Assembly (NCBI GenBank): GCA_964486045.1
Contig: CAZALK010000012.1
Span: 64,001-128,000 of the forward strand
DNA: 64,000 bases
Origin: an uncultured archaeon
Lineage (GTDB): Archaea; Asgardarchaeota; Lokiarchaeia; Sigyniarchaeales; SOKP01
Direction: 5' to 3'
Positions 62,860-64,000 of this stretch are shown here, piece after piece (within the stretch, counting starts at the first letter, position 1; every line of letters begins with the position of its first letter). The position numbers and the translations under genes were made by a program. Below the pieces are notes generated by a model. The model was given only the letters and a program-made list of their open reading frames with translations. It did not search any database and was not told where the DNA came from.

Positions 62860-63483
62860 CTAGTTTTGCTCTTTAAGTGGTTTTAAATAAGTTCGCTTTT
62901 TATTCATATAAACCATAATTAGAGCAAAAAACAAACAAACCACAACAATATAAAAAATTATATTTATTATTGAGGGTGAATTTGCGTTATAATAGTCTAA
63001 AATGATATTAAAATAACTTGAAAAACCATAATTCTCATTTGATGAAGAATCTTTAGCTGTAATTCTAACTGTGTATGTTTCATTATTTGGATAAGATGTA
63101 AAATTATCCCAAAAGAAAAACCATAAGTCTTCTTCAGCGAAAATCATTGAAGCACTAAAAAGAGAAGTTGAGTTGCTTGAAATTTCTATTGAAACGTTTC
63201 CTGGCAAAGGAGGGTTGGCATCAGTAATATTTACCATAAAATCAAAATAAGTTGACCTGATTGTTGTGTTATTTAATTCAGGATTAACAAAAGTAATAAT
63301 TGGAGCAGTTGTATCACCATTTGCAGATTTAATTACATACGAGAATTTCTCCTCTTCAAGTACTTCATTTAAACTACCAATTTTCAAGATATTTAACGAT
63401 AAAATAAAAAATGATGAAATTACCGAAGAAGCAAGTACTACAAGTAAGATAAGGCTTTTTCTCTGTTTAGTAATATCTTCCAC
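62860..63483 (-). CDS. Membrane-anchored Ig-like domain protein
   Basis: N- and C-terminal TMs; DTTAPIITF...YTVRITAKD. Confidence 0.7.
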   Translation of the reverse strand: MEDITKQRKSLILLVVLASSVISSFFILSLNILKIGSLNEVLEEEKFSYVIKSANGDTTAPIITFVNPELNNTTIRSTYFDFMVNITDANPPLPGNVSIEISSNSTSLFSASMIFAEEDLWFFFWDNFTSYPNNETYTVRITAKDSSSNENYGFSSYFNIILDYYNANSPSIINIIFYIVVVCLFFALIMVYMNKKRTYLKPLKEQN

Positions 63484-63624
63484 GACAATAACATGCTAAT
63501 ATTTTATTAAGTTAGAATAAATCTGAAGTGTAATTTAAATTTTAAGTCAAAAAAATACCAGAATTAGAATTTAAAGAATTTTTCCATAGATAAAATTATG
63601 GTTATAGATTTTTTTTTGTTTTAT

Positions 63625-64000
63625 TTAAATTAGGGACCATGTATCTTTTATACCTATATTATCTTGGATTAAAGGAGTTTGGATGTCATTTATGGATTTC
63701 ACCATCCCTGAAGGGACAAAATTTTTCGCAAAATTGAAAGCGTCTCCTACTGTCTGACTTTGATTAATTTGCTCCCAGAATTGATGGAAGAACCATGATC
63801 CGGCAAAATTATCGGCATTATTGTTATCTCGCCAATACCATGAAAGAATATCCGTGGTTGATGTGATCAAAATAGAATTTGGTATATTATACCAACTCAA
63901 TCCAAAATTTGCATTTTCGTTTAAAAAATTACCGCTGAAACACATGTCAATGTTTATTAGTATACGAGCACAAATAATTTGCTTAACTAAATTAAAAAAC
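63625..64000 (-). CDS. Clan CD (caspase/C13-like) peptidase domain, 3' part
   Basis: The frame is open to the window edge; IDMCFSGNF matches the D.C.SG catalytic-Cys motif; TVGDAFNFAK...QTP. Confidence 0.6.
   Translation of the reverse strand, partial: FFNLVKQIICARILINIDMCFSGNFLNENANFGLSWYNIPNSILITSTTDILSWYWRDNNNADNFAGSWFFHQFWEQINQSQTVGDAFNFAKNFVPSGMVKSINDIQTPLIQDNIGIKDTWSLI

Noticed and set aside
1963-63499. Short antisense or overlapping ORFs in the track (e.g. 1963-2253, 11568-11849, 41538-41936, 49357-49731, 59760-60077)
   Set aside because: They are shadows of well-supported genes and have no motifs.
1-64000. CRISPR arrays, rRNA, transposases or integrases, selenoprotein UGA recoding
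   Set aside because: None recognised on reading the sequence.

Overview
AT-rich archaeal chromosomal segment. Its gene content points to an Asgard archaeon, probably Lokiarchaeia: a Rab-like GTPase, a longin-like protein, archaeal ThrRS and GluRS, SRP19, eS8, proteasome beta, a JAMM protease and a Hef-like helicase. About 50 CDS are present, mostly housekeeping and lipid/acyl-CoA metabolism. The main result is absent from the ORF track: a complete 71-aa archaeal histone gene at 48703-48978 (+), interrupted by two 30-nt introns. Each intron carries in-frame stop codons and folds into a bulge-helix-bulge (BHB) motif whose predicted cut sites restore the histone fold exactly. Both tRNA genes in the window, Arg-GCG and Pro-GGG, carry BHB-type introns at non-canonical positions (22, 30 and 30 nt). 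This suggests that the tRNA splicing machinery also splices an mRNA. Other notable items: a CheR-coiled coil-CheD fusion that lacks the CheD catalytic Cys and probably starts at ATT; a triplicated unknown gene family with duplication scars; and a protein resembling a coat-adaptor appendage. All calls are from reading the sequence by eye; no searches were run.
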